Positions 48,259 through 59,760 of a stretch of DNA of 64,000 nucleotides are shown one piece after another. A model generated the notes under the pieces. The model was given only the letters and a program-made list of their open reading frames with translations. It was not told where the DNA came from and did not search any database. Position 1 is the first letter of the stretch; each line of letters opens with the position of its first letter. Source of the stretch: Diplonema japonicum (Eukaryota > Protista > Euglenozoa: Diplonemea); assembly GCA_964019335.1 (NCBI GenBank), contig OZ025656.1:124001-188000 (forward strand), written 5' to 3'. Position numbers and translations under genes: made by a program.

Positions 48259-50147
48259 GAAAAAAAACAAAAACGTAGTAACTAAAAACCAGCCCGACTT
48301 CTTCCGTAGTCCTTTTCCCCCCGAGCCCGTTTTTTTTTTCTTTTTTTTTTTCTGCCGGCTCGGTGTTTTCTTTCACATCACGTGAGTTCCATTGTTTTCC
48401 CACTTAAAATTTCCATTTCCACACCACCCCTATTCCCCCCCCCTTTTTTTTTCTTATACTTTATACTTTTTTTTTCTTCGTTCCATTTACCCCCTTTTTT
48501 TTTGGATCAAAAAATCGAAAAGGAGAAAACTAAGTGTCAGAGAGAAATGAGAAAACAAAAACTGGCGAGAGAGGAGGTAAAACAGAAGAGGGGGGGGGGG
48601 GGGGGGGGGGGGACACACCACCTACGTTCCTCCTTTTGTGTTTTCCCTCTCTTTTTTTTTTAAATTCCCGAGGAAGGAGAATAGCTTATTTTAAATAAAG
48701 GGTTTTTAAAAGAACTTTAACGTCTTGGCTGAAAAAAACCCCAGTCAGAAAGCCCTCCCTTTGTTTAATAAGCTACCCCTTCACACATAACTCCCCCAAG
48801 AGGGGGTATCAGCAGTCCCTAAATTCCTGCCCAGCACATAAAAAAACTGTGCGCATTTTTTTTTTTTTTTTTTTTTTTTAATTACAGAATTTTAAGGCCA
48901 AATCGGGACAGGACATCTTTGATTCCCTCTTGTCCCATCCCTTCCCTTCCCTTCCTTTTCATTTTATCAAAATGGTCTCGGGGGGGAAAAAGATATCAAT
49001 GGAAGGAGAATGTTAGGAAGTAATACAAAAGGGTGCCAATGCCCTTTTCTTTTACTCCCCCCCACCTTTCGTTTGCTTTCTCTTTGGCATTTCCTTACCC
49101 TATTTTTTTTTTTAGTTCGTCATCTCTATTTTTTACTTTTTTTTTTCTTCTTTCCCTGAACTTTCTTTTTTAAAAAAAAAAGAAGCAAATAAAGATTTTA
49201 AAGTGGGAAAGTAAGAGAGAAACCGTGGTATAAAAAAAAAAAAAAAAAAAAAAAAAACAACACAAAACAAAACAAAAAAGAAACCCCTCAAAATAGAAAC
49301 ATGAAAACTGTAGATTTTCTAGGTGTGCAATCGGGGGCACTGTCTCTTGATGTTTAATCACCTTTTTTTCTGAACGTGTTGGCCTCTCTTCTTTCTTCGC
49401 TTTTCTTTCTTTTCCTTTTTTTTCCCCCCTCTTTTTCTTTTTCCGTTGTGGGCATGTTGTGCAAAGCACTTCTTCCCCCATCATAGTTATAGGAGTTTTC
49501 TTTTTTTTTTTTTCTTTCTTTTGTTGTGATCGCAAGTTACTTGGTGTCCTTTTTTTTTTCTTTCCCCCCCTTTTTTTTTACTTAGAGGACAGAGCGGTCC
49601 CCCTTACTTCAGTTTCACAATGGGTCATGTGCCCAAAAGTCAGGCCAGCCGGAAAAGCAGAAAGGTACTGCAACCCCAATAACGACAAGATTTTTTTTTC
49701 CTTTTTTTTGTTTACCTTTTTATACCCCCTCCCCCCCACCTGAGACCGACCGGATTCAAAAAAAATTGCGCGTTATTCTTTTCTCTTTTCTTTTTTTTTT
49801 GAAAAGAAAAAAAAAAAGAAAGTGAGTGCATATTGAAGGTGAAGCGTCTTAGAGGCTGTGGAGGAAAGTTCCCCCCCTTTTTTTGTCTCCAGCCAAAGTA
49901 TCTTTCTTTCTCCCCCCCATTTTCAAAAAAAAATCATCAAACTTCGAAGTTTTAAAAAAAAAAAAAAAAGCCTTTTTTTTTCTTTCCCCTCCATTGCACT
50001 CCTCTCGTTGCCTTCTCCCTCTGTCCCTCTCGATTCTTTTTTCTTCTCCTTTTTTTTTTCTTCTTCCTTTTTCTTTAAACTCTCGTATTGACACAACAAA
50101 CAAAAAAAAGGGGGGGGTGAAAAAAAAAGGAAGAAGGAAAAAAAAAA

Positions 50148-53095
50148 ATGGGTGACGAGAAGAAGGCTGTGGAGATACCAGTACCGTCAAAAGATCCTAA
50201 AGGGAAGAGCGAACAAGATAAGAAAGATGCGGAGAACAAAGAGACGATTTTGAAGCAACAGCTCATACCGCAGAGCAGTAAGGAAGAGGACCTCTCTGCA
50301 GAGGACCTGAAGGTGAAGAAGGACGTCGATGACTGCGTGGAGAAGGTGCAGGATAAGGAAGCTGGCATCGCAAAGCTAGCCTTGGCCACCTTGACAGAAC
50401 TGCTCAGAACATCCACAGGGAGCGTGACGTCAATTCCCAAACCGTTGAAATTCTGCCGAACACATTACAAAACACTTGTTTCGCATTATGAAGCGATTGA
50501 CCAAAAGACTGAAAATGCAAAATCGTTGGCAGACATCCTAGCTCTGGTGGCCATCACAATGCCGTCTGAGGGTTCCACAGAGACACTCGCGCTTGACTTC
50601 AAGCTTAAAGGTAACCCAGAGGACCTCGAAGCATGGGGTCATGAGTTCACTCGGTTCATCTCTCACCAAATAGGGGTTTTGTGGAAGACGCGTCAGGACA
50701 CCACCCCGCCCTCTCCGTGTGACGATCTGCAGAATCTCATCGATATCATCATCCCCCACTACCTCAAATACAACAGTGAGCCTTCTGCTTGCGACCTTCT
50801 CACCGAGTGTGACCAGTTGAACGCCATCGTCCCGTACTGCACCCTCGACAACCACGAGAAGGTCTGCTCCTACCTCCTCGCCAACTCCTCCTACCTCCCG
50901 CACCCCGAGAACAAGGAAACCCTTGAGATCACCTACATAGTGTACCATACTCTAAAGCAGCACTGCAACGCCCTCCTCATCGCTATGAGGCTCAACTCCA
51001 TGGAGAAGATCGAGAACCTCATGGAAGAAGTCACAGACGAGACGACGAAGAAGCAGTTGGCCCTCATGCTAGCCCGCCAGCGCATCACGCTGGAGACAGG
51101 TGATGACACCATCGACAATCTGATCTGGAATACCAAGCTGTCTGAGTTCTTCCTGCACACGGCACGCGACTTGGACAGCATGGCACCCAAGTCACCAGAT
51201 GAGGTGTACAAGACGCATTTGCAGGACCAGCGCACACACCTCACGTCCGAGATCTCCTCCCACCAACTGAACCTTGCCAGTACCTTCGTCAACGCCTTTG
51301 TCAACGCAGGCTTCGAGTGCGACAAGTTGCTTACACCCTCGACAGAGGCTGGCAACGACTGGATGTACAAGAACAAGGAGCACCGAATGATCTCTGCGGC
51401 TGCATCCTTCGGACTGCTGTACCTGTGGGACGTGGATGAGGGTCTCATCAAGTGCGATAAGTACCTGTACAGTCAGGAGGACTACATCAAGGCGGGCACC
51501 CTCATTGCAATGGGTATCCTGCACTGCGGTGTGAAGAACGAGTGCGACCCTGCAAAGGCAGTCATGGACGAGTACCTCCAGAACAAGTCACGCTACCTGC
51601 GACTTGGTGCCATTGTGGGGCTGGGGTTTGCCTACGCGGGCTCCCGTCGGGAGGAGCTCATGGAGTCCCTGATACCCATTGTGCTGGACAGCAGTGAGGC
51701 TGTTGAGGTGCAGGCCTTCGCAGCACTCAGCTTGGGTCTCATTTACGTCGGGAGCTGCAACGAGGATGTTTCAGAAGCTTTGATCACATGCTTGTGCGAG
51801 AAGGACGACAAGCAGGCATCAGCACCCATGTGCCGCTTCATCGCACTTGCAGCAGGGCTGCTCTTCCTTGGGTCGGAGGAGGGCGCAGACGCGGCTGTGG
51901 AGTCGTCTGTTGCGATGCATCCATCGATTCAGAACTTCGCCGAAGTGGTGATCAAGACCTGTGCCTACGCTGGCACGGGGAACGTCGTGCAGATCCAAAC
52001 GCTGCTTGCGAAGATCGCGGAGAGCGGGAAGAGCGAGAAGGACGATGACAAAAAAGACAAGAAGGACGAGAAGAAGGAAGAAGAGAAGCAGGAGGACCAG
52101 GGCGTGACCCCTGAGATGGTGGCGGCACTGGGCATTGCTGTTATCACGCTGGGCGAGCCGCTGGGGACAGAGATGTGCAAAAGGATGTTCGACAGTGTGC
52201 TGCAGTACGGGTCGGGCACCGCCCGAAGGGCGGTTCCCCTGGCGCTTGCCTTGGCCAACGTGTCCAACCCTGGGATGCAGGTGTGAGAAAAAGAAAATAC
52301 TAACGGTTTGCAATAACCACAACTACAGGTGATTGACACGCTGAGCAAGCTCTCGCATGACCCCGACAAGGAGACCAGCATGAACGCCATCCTGGCACTC
52401 GGCATCGTATGACACGTGGGTTGTAATCAAAACACTGACAGGTGGCTGCGGGGACGAACAACGCACGTGTGGCATCGCTGCTGCGCAACCTTGCGAGCTA
52501 CTATGCCAGGGAGGCACACCACTTGTTCCTGGTCCGCGTTGCCCAGGGCATCGTCATGCTCGGGAAAGGGCACCTCACCCTGTCACCCCTGCACAGCGAC
52601 AGAACCCTCCTGTCACCTGTGTCGCTGGGCGGGCTGCTGGTCGTTATGTTCGCAGCAATGGACATGAAGGTGTGTTTCTTTATACCGTTTAAGCAAACAC
52701 TGACAGAACACCATCCTTGGCAACTACCATTACATGCTCTTTTATTTGGTGACTTCCATGAACCCGAGGTATACTGTAAAAAAAAAAAAAAATCATGTTT
52801 AATTCTAAACAGGTTTTTGTTGACCGTCCTCCCTGATGAAGATGACGAGAGGGGTATTGTTGAAAAGGCTGTGTCCTGCAGAGTCGGGAGTGCAGTGGAC
52901 ACGGTGGCGCAGGCAGGCAAGCCTGCAAGGATCACGGGTTTCCAAACCCATGACACGCCTGTCCTCCTTCAGTACAACGACCGTGCCGAGATCGCGTCTG
53001 AGCAGTACCTCCCTGTGACCCCTATCGTTGAGGGTGTTGTCCTTCTGCAAAAGGATCCTGACTACGTTGCTCCTGCTTCAGCTGCGAAGGTTTAA
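50148..53095 (+). CDS. PSMD2: 26S proteasome regulatory subunit RPN1; 5 exons
   Basis: STGSVTSIPKPLKF, WGHEF, NLASTFVNAFVNAGF, AGTNNAR and GKPARITGFQTH. Introns 52281-52328, 52407-52441, 52670-52706 and 52769-52812 restore the conserved IDTLSKLSHD and YHYMLFYLV. Confidence 0.97.
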
Positions 53096-53905
53096 GCGAG
53101 AGGTCGTGATTTTTTTTTTTAAATCTTTTTTTATTTTAACCCTCTGAGTACCAAGCAGCGTATTAGACGTTCTTTTTAAAAAAAAGAAAATTGAGAAGTT
53201 TTTAGGCCCCTTGGTACTTTTGTGAGAGGGTTAACAGTATTACACACAGTAGAGAAGAAGAAAAACAAAGTGTTCTATTATTTTTTTTTAAAGGGTGGGA
53301 CGAAGAGGGCGACAAGGGGGGGGGGGGGGGGGGTGCAATAATATAATAATAAATGAAAGTTTTGTTTTTTTTTTCTTCTATGTTTTTTTTTTTTTTTTCT
53401 TTTTTAGTGTGATGTGACGTGAAGGAAAAAAAAAGGTGGGGTGAGAGAAAGTTAAAAAAAAGAGGGACAATGGGGAAGTATTTTTAAAATTTCTTTTTTT
53501 TTTAGAGCTTTTCCTTGTTTGTTTCTCCTTAACTCCAAGGGGGTTTAAAAAAAAAGAGTGATGGGAAGATGATACCCAACGCACAGGGTAGTTACATAGA
53601 AAGATTTTTTTTAAAAAAAGGGGGGGTAAAAAGGGGGGGTAAAGAAACTTAGATTAAAAAAAAACTTTTACCCCACCCTTTTTTTTATTTTTTTTTAAAA
53701 AATACCCTCCATCGCCCTTTTCTACTTTTCCCTATCCCTCCCTCCTTTTGAGCCCGTTCATCCTTTTTTTTAACATATTCTTTAACAAAAAATCTATCCC
53801 CCAAAAAAAAAACTTTTTTTCTAGTTTGGTATTTTTCTTTTTTTAAATTTATATATTTCTTCTTCCCTCATATTCAACAAGGGAAAGAACAAAAAAAAAA
53901 AGAAA

Positions 53906-55006
53906 ATGGAAATGAAACGAAGCCAGTTGGTCAAAATCTGCAAAGAAGGCGGCTTTTTTAGAACGCCGGAGCTGAATGACGTGCTGTATTTCCACTACAA
54001 AGGTTTTTTCAACATTGATGAGATAGAGGATTACCACAACGCGAAATGCGTGTGGCTAGAGGGCAACGCCATCGAGAAAATAGAAAACCTGGGAAAACTG
54101 GTTTTGATACGCCAGCTGTACCTGCAGGAAAACTGCCTACGAAAAATTGAAGGTTTGGGAACGCTGACGCAACTGGTGTCGATCAACCTGGCGAACAACT
54201 TCATCACGAAGATAGAAGGTCTGGAGGGCCTTACAAAGCTGAAAAGCTTGAACCTGAAACAAAACAAACTGAAGACGAAATCGGACATTGTGGCTTTGAT
54301 CGCAGTCGAATCCCTGGAAACCGTTGACCTCACAGGTAATTACATAGAGGACCAAGACGTTATGGAAGGTGTATTCGCCAAGATGCAAAACTTGCTCAGC
54401 CTCTATTCACATCAAAACCCTTTTTGCAAGAAGATCAAAATGTACAGAAAGATGACAATTGGAAAATGTTCAAAACTAAAATATCTTGACGACAGACCAG
54501 TCTTCGAAGCCGAGCGTCGCACTACCAATGCGTACATGAAAAACGGTGTAGAAGGGGAAAGGGCTGAACGCGACCTTATCAACAAAGAAGAGAAAGAGCG
54601 TAATGAACGCAATCGGCAAGCTTTCAAAGATATCATAAAACAAGCCGAGAAGGAGAAGGCCCAATTGAAAGCCAACGGTTTTGACAAACCCCCAGACACT
54701 CAGTTCCACGTCACAAACTACAAAGAACGGGAGCCCACGGCAGAAGACAAATGGTTCACAGAGCAACGAGAGAAGAGCAAGGCAAAAACCCAAGCCCAAC
54801 GGGATGCAGAGAGAAGAGAAATATGCACGGACGCCTTCTGGAAGCGAGAGGGAAGCGTGAAGACGACAAAGGAGGACCACATCGATCCGGCCCAGTGTGT
54901 TCTCGTCAGCGACAGCGAAGAAGAACAAGAGGAACAGGACACACCCCAAGAAAGAGAGACAAATAATGGAAGAGAAGAACCTGCTCTTGAGATCGAAGAG
55001 CTAGAC

Positions 55007-55009
<3 letters not shown>
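53906..55009 (+). CDS. DNAAF1: Dynein axonemal assembly factor 1 (LRRC50/ODA7)
   Basis: TPELNDVLYFHYKGF, six LRRs, YRKMTI...LKYLDDRPVF and GVEGERAER. Confidence 0.9.
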
Positions 55010-55049
<40 letters not shown>

Positions 55050-55244
55050 CCCGCTCTCTTTTTTTAAAAAAAAAAGTTCTAATTTTTTTTTTTTTTAAAG
55101 TTTTCACCTGTCAAAAAAAAAAAACCCCCCCTCCAACCATTTGCAAGGAAAAAGAAGGGAGCGGGTAGTGGGAGGGGGGGAGGACAAAAAAAAAACACAC
55201 AAACACACACAATATTCTTATATAAAAAAGAGGGGGGAAAAAAT

Positions 55245-57469
55245 ATGAATAGGCTCCCAACGTTCGGCTTGTTTGGATCGGCAGGAGACAAAAAAGAAGA
55301 AGGCAAAGAAAAAGGTTTCGGGACTATAGGAGACGGCAGGCCTCACAACAAGGACGAACCGCAGTGTTCAACCCTTGCAAACGCGCCATGCTGGGCCTAC
55401 ACGGTGGGAGGAGGACCCGTTGCCCCACCAACACCACCGCAAACAGACGTTTCTGAATCGGTGTCGGTGGTACCATCATCGCCAAGTATAGCAGACGAAA
55501 CGCCTGCAAAGAAAGATGACGGGGTGGAAACTGGAAAGGACGACTCAGACGGTCAAAACAGATCCAAAAAAACAAAGAAAAAAAAGAAGAAGCGAACGCA
55601 AAAAATGCCTAAACTTCTGGACATCGACGTTGATGATGCGAATTCAGTTTTCGAGAATTGTAAAACACGCCGGCAAAGGAGGGATGTGGGGTACCTTGCG
55701 ATACACAAATCGCTCCAATTAGGATGTAATCGGACATACGGTGCAGCAAGACGGAAACTCGCAAAATGGTGCGAGAGCAACTGTATCAGCGACACCGACA
55801 GCGAAGAGCTCATCCATTACCTTAACGAACTGTTCCTCGCCGGTTATATTTACGAAGGTCTTGTTCATAAAAATTTTGTCAACATCCCTGACGACGCGGT
55901 CATGGCAAACCACAACAAACTGGGAACCGAGATGTTCTTCCAATCCGAAGAAGGCAAATCCCCCCCGATTCTCCGCCACCATTTGAAAAACAGCAAAACC
56001 ATCATCGAACTCGCCGTCGCCGACGAAATCGTTCAATCCTTTGGCAACACATCGTTCAAAACAAAAGACGAAATCGTCATCAACCCCCAGGGAACCGACA
56101 TATATGGAACCCTTCTCGGGGTCTCGGAGGGGATCCTGTACTGGGAAGAAGCCGGAACCGAAGGCGCCACACCGATCGCAAAAGACGGTGATAAAGAGGA
56201 AACAAACGCTGTCATGGCAGCTGCACGTATTCAAATCAAAACCGGATCTGAACTATCAGCGGTTCCCTCGTCAATAACAAGCATCACAATGCGCACCCAA
56301 CAACCTGGAACAGATTACACATCATCTAAATGTGCCGGTCAAATTCTATTCCCAGAAGACTCAACAATGGACCTTCTTGTTTTCGACAAAATGCCGGACC
56401 GGCTAGCAAAGTACGATATCAACCACGGTGATAAGATTAAAACGAAAGACGGAAATATCGGGATCATCGTGGGTATAAGAGAGAACACATTGTGGTGGTT
56501 TGATGAAGCGCCGAATCGAACGGGAGCCACGAGAGTTGCTCCAACAGAGCAGGAGGCAATCGATGCCCTTGAGAATTTCGAGTTGGTCTCGAGAGAGGTT
56601 CTCGATACGACCTTGTGGAACGGGTTCAAATATTCCAAAATACCTGACGATTTAACCCTCGACGACCCTGTTTTTGTAAAACGGAAATCCGGACGAGAAC
56701 GGGGTGTCATTAAGTACATCGGTTTCCCAGATTTCAAAAAAGGAGTTGAATACGACGGATGTTGGATAGGAGTAGCATTGGACACACCCACAGGAAACCA
56801 CGATGGATGCGTTGACGGTGTGAAATATTTCAAATGCAAGCCCAAGCACGGGGTGTTCGTTCGCGCAGACAAAATGGAGCTCGACGACGGCAAAATATCC
56901 GGACAGGTGTTCCTATACCCGCAACATTCTACAAAAAGACTTTTGCGGTTCGACATCCGTCTCGAGGCCTTGAAGAAGTACGGGGTGGAACATGGTGACC
57001 GGATAAAATCGAAACATGATGCTAACCACACTGCCACTGTAATTGGGGTTCGGAATGATCTGCTTTATGTTCATTTGGACCGAGCAGGGGTGACCGGTGC
57101 GTGGCCCTTACGGCGAGATATAAAGGACACACAAAAATGCCTCAAAAAATACAAAATAATAGGACATGTAAAATTAAAAAATTTCGTAAAGGAAATGATG
57201 TCATCCCCTCCCGATGAATTGAAGCGGGGGTCGGACTTTATTCCCGAAGAGGTTTGGGGGGGGGAAAAAAAAAGAAAAGAAAAAGAAGAAGAAAAGAAAA
57301 AAAAAAAAAAAAACAGATAAGCGAAACCCTCGGCCTTACGGAAGGCTCTGAAGGATCACTCCTATCCGAACCACTTTCTACCCGGTGGGAACGGCACAAA
57401 ACCGGAAAGATTCTGAGTTTCTTGAACAACATGTTGAAAACGAAACAAAAGGAGAAAGTAGACAGCTAG
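55245..57469 (+). CDS. CAP-Gly domain protein with three copies of an unnamed ~55-aa domain; 2 exons
   Basis: GVIKYIG...WIGVALDTPTGNHDGCVDGVKYFKCKPKHGVFVR is a CAP-Gly domain. A purine-rich intron at 57252-57316 links to ORF 57254. Confidence 0.85.
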
Positions 57470-59425
57470 GGCAGGGATGGGTCTCTATTTTTTATTTAAT
57501 TTCCCCTTTTTTTGTTTTATATAAGGTGACATCCCGCTTTTTTTTCATTTATTTCCCCCCCCCCCACAAAATCTGTGTGTCAGCTTCCCCCCCCCTTTTC
57601 TTAAGTTTTGCACTTTTTTATTTCTCTTCTTTTGCCTGTTCTCAGTACCCCATCAAAACCGCTTTAAAAAAAAATACTATTAACCCTTAGGCGGCCGAAG
57701 GAGAGGGGATTGATTTTTGCATTTCCTCGATTTTGGGTAACTTTTCTTTGGTTTGATTTATATAATTATGTACGCATTTGAAAAAAAAAAAAAAAAAAAA
57801 AAAAAAAACACCTCGGTTCTGATTTTAGGTTATTTCCCCCCCCCCCCCTGAAAACCGGTTCAAGACTTTGGTTTGGATGGGCCCATATTCTGTAGAAGCT
57901 TTTTTGCGGCCTAAGGGTCAACGAAACTGAGAAAAGAAAACAAAAGAAAATGAGAGAAAAAAAGAAAGCACGTGTACTAAAAGGAAACTAAGAGAAGGAA
58001 AATTGAAACCACCTCTTGACTGAGGGTTTAAGAAAATAAAAACAGGGGGGGGGGGAATATTTTGTATCTCCCTGTGTGTGTTCCCCCTCTCTCCCCCCTT
58101 CCCTCCCCCCCGTTTACATTTTTTTTTGCCACTTGCTTTCCTTTTTTTTTTTTTTTTCTTCTCCTATTCTTTTTTTTTTTCTTTCATCCTTTGTGCAAAA
58201 AAAGAAGGCCCGAAGCGGGTTCATTCATCCCCCTGCTCACAAGAGGGATGCTAAAAACAAAAAATGCGCGAAGCAAGAAGGATATAAAGAAGAGAGAGAG
58301 AGGAAAAGAAAAATAAAGGAGAAAACATGGCTAAACAAAGGGGAATGTGTGTTATAGGTATTTTCGGTTTTTTTCCTTCTTTTTTTTTCTTTGCTCTTGT
58401 GCCGGCTTCGACCCTTCTGTATTGACGTCCTGCGTGTACCTGAGGGAACAAGCTCCTCATGGTGCATCTGGGAACACAAAACCTAGTCGGGGGTGTAGCC
58501 TTGTCGGGTGAAAGGCAGCCCACCTCCTGAAGGGTTTAAATACCTCAGCAAAACTTTTGAACTTTACAAATACCCTTTGATTTAAAAAAGAAAATACGGT
58601 AAAATGGGTAAAACGTTTCCTCCCCCTTTTTTTGTTGATTCAGATTCTTCTCCCCCCGCTTTTTTTTTTCTTTTTTTATTAAATTTTGCAAAATTCTTCC
58701 TGCTGCCGTTGATAGCTTTTTTTTTTCTTTTCCCCCCCCCTTTCCCATTCACACCCCCTTTTTTTTTTCTTTGAGGAAGAAAGGAATATGGCAGAGACGA
58801 GGGGGTGGGGGTGGGGGAGGTATCTATTCTTTTTTTTCCTCAAAAAAAAAGCAGGTTTGAAAGACCTCCCTGTGTAGGAGTGTGATTTACAAAGCATCAC
58901 ATGAAGAAAAATCCAGGAATCCTTTTTTAGGACGACAAAAATTATGAGAGAGTCCCTTCTGTTTCCCACGGGGGGGGGGGGGGTATATTAGAGATCTCCT
59001 CAAAAAGTTCCGCAAAGATTTTAAGTCTGATTTTCAAGGCATATCAGTTAGTCGACAAAATCTGGAAGGATAAGAAAAAAAAACCCCCCCATAAAAAAGG
59101 AATAAAAAAGAAAAAGAAAATGAAACCTCCCTCATCTTTTTTTCTTTTTTTTGATCTCAACAAAAAAAAAACCCTCCTTCCCCCCCCTTTTTTTCTGCTC
59201 TCTGCTATAACATTACTTTTTTCTATTTTTTGCCCCCCCCACCCCTGCGCTATCCCTTTTTTATTGTGGTTTTTTTTTCCCTTTTTTTTTTCCGGTTTTC
59301 CTTTTTTATTTATTTTCTTTTTTTTTAAAAAAAAATACAATCCGCATAAAAAAAAAAAGAAAAAAAAAATAATAATAATAAAAGGCTGGTGATTCTATAA
59401 CCACGAAATGAACTGTGGGAAATAA

Positions 59426-59723
59426 ATGTCGTCTGCAGGCAGTGCAGGAAAGGAAGATGCAAGAATGGTGGATTCAGTGGAGTGGGGGAGCACAGGAGGA
59501 CAGAGTGCCCCAGATATGATGTCTAACAGTTTCGCGAGCGTGGAAGGAGTCACGCTACACAGACGCACTGTCTCCTTCGCCAACGGCGTCCCCGTAGCTG
59601 GCTCAGACGATGGGAAGATCTCATCGTCCCCAAAAGCAGGCATTTTGAAAAGCCCGAGAAAAACAGCTTCCGTATCACCACCCCTTGACGAAGAAACCGA
59701 ACGGGGACAGCTACTACAACAGC

Positions 59724-59760
<37 letters not shown>

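Noticed and set aside
49636-49662. SRP helix-8-like GTCAGG...AGCAG
   Set aside because: No GNRA loop and no flanking long helix.
58489-58545. tRNA-like 5' half (GGGGGTGTAGCC...AAGGCA)
   Set aside because: There is no proper anticodon arm, T arm or acceptor 3' strand. Kept only as an unknown structured island.
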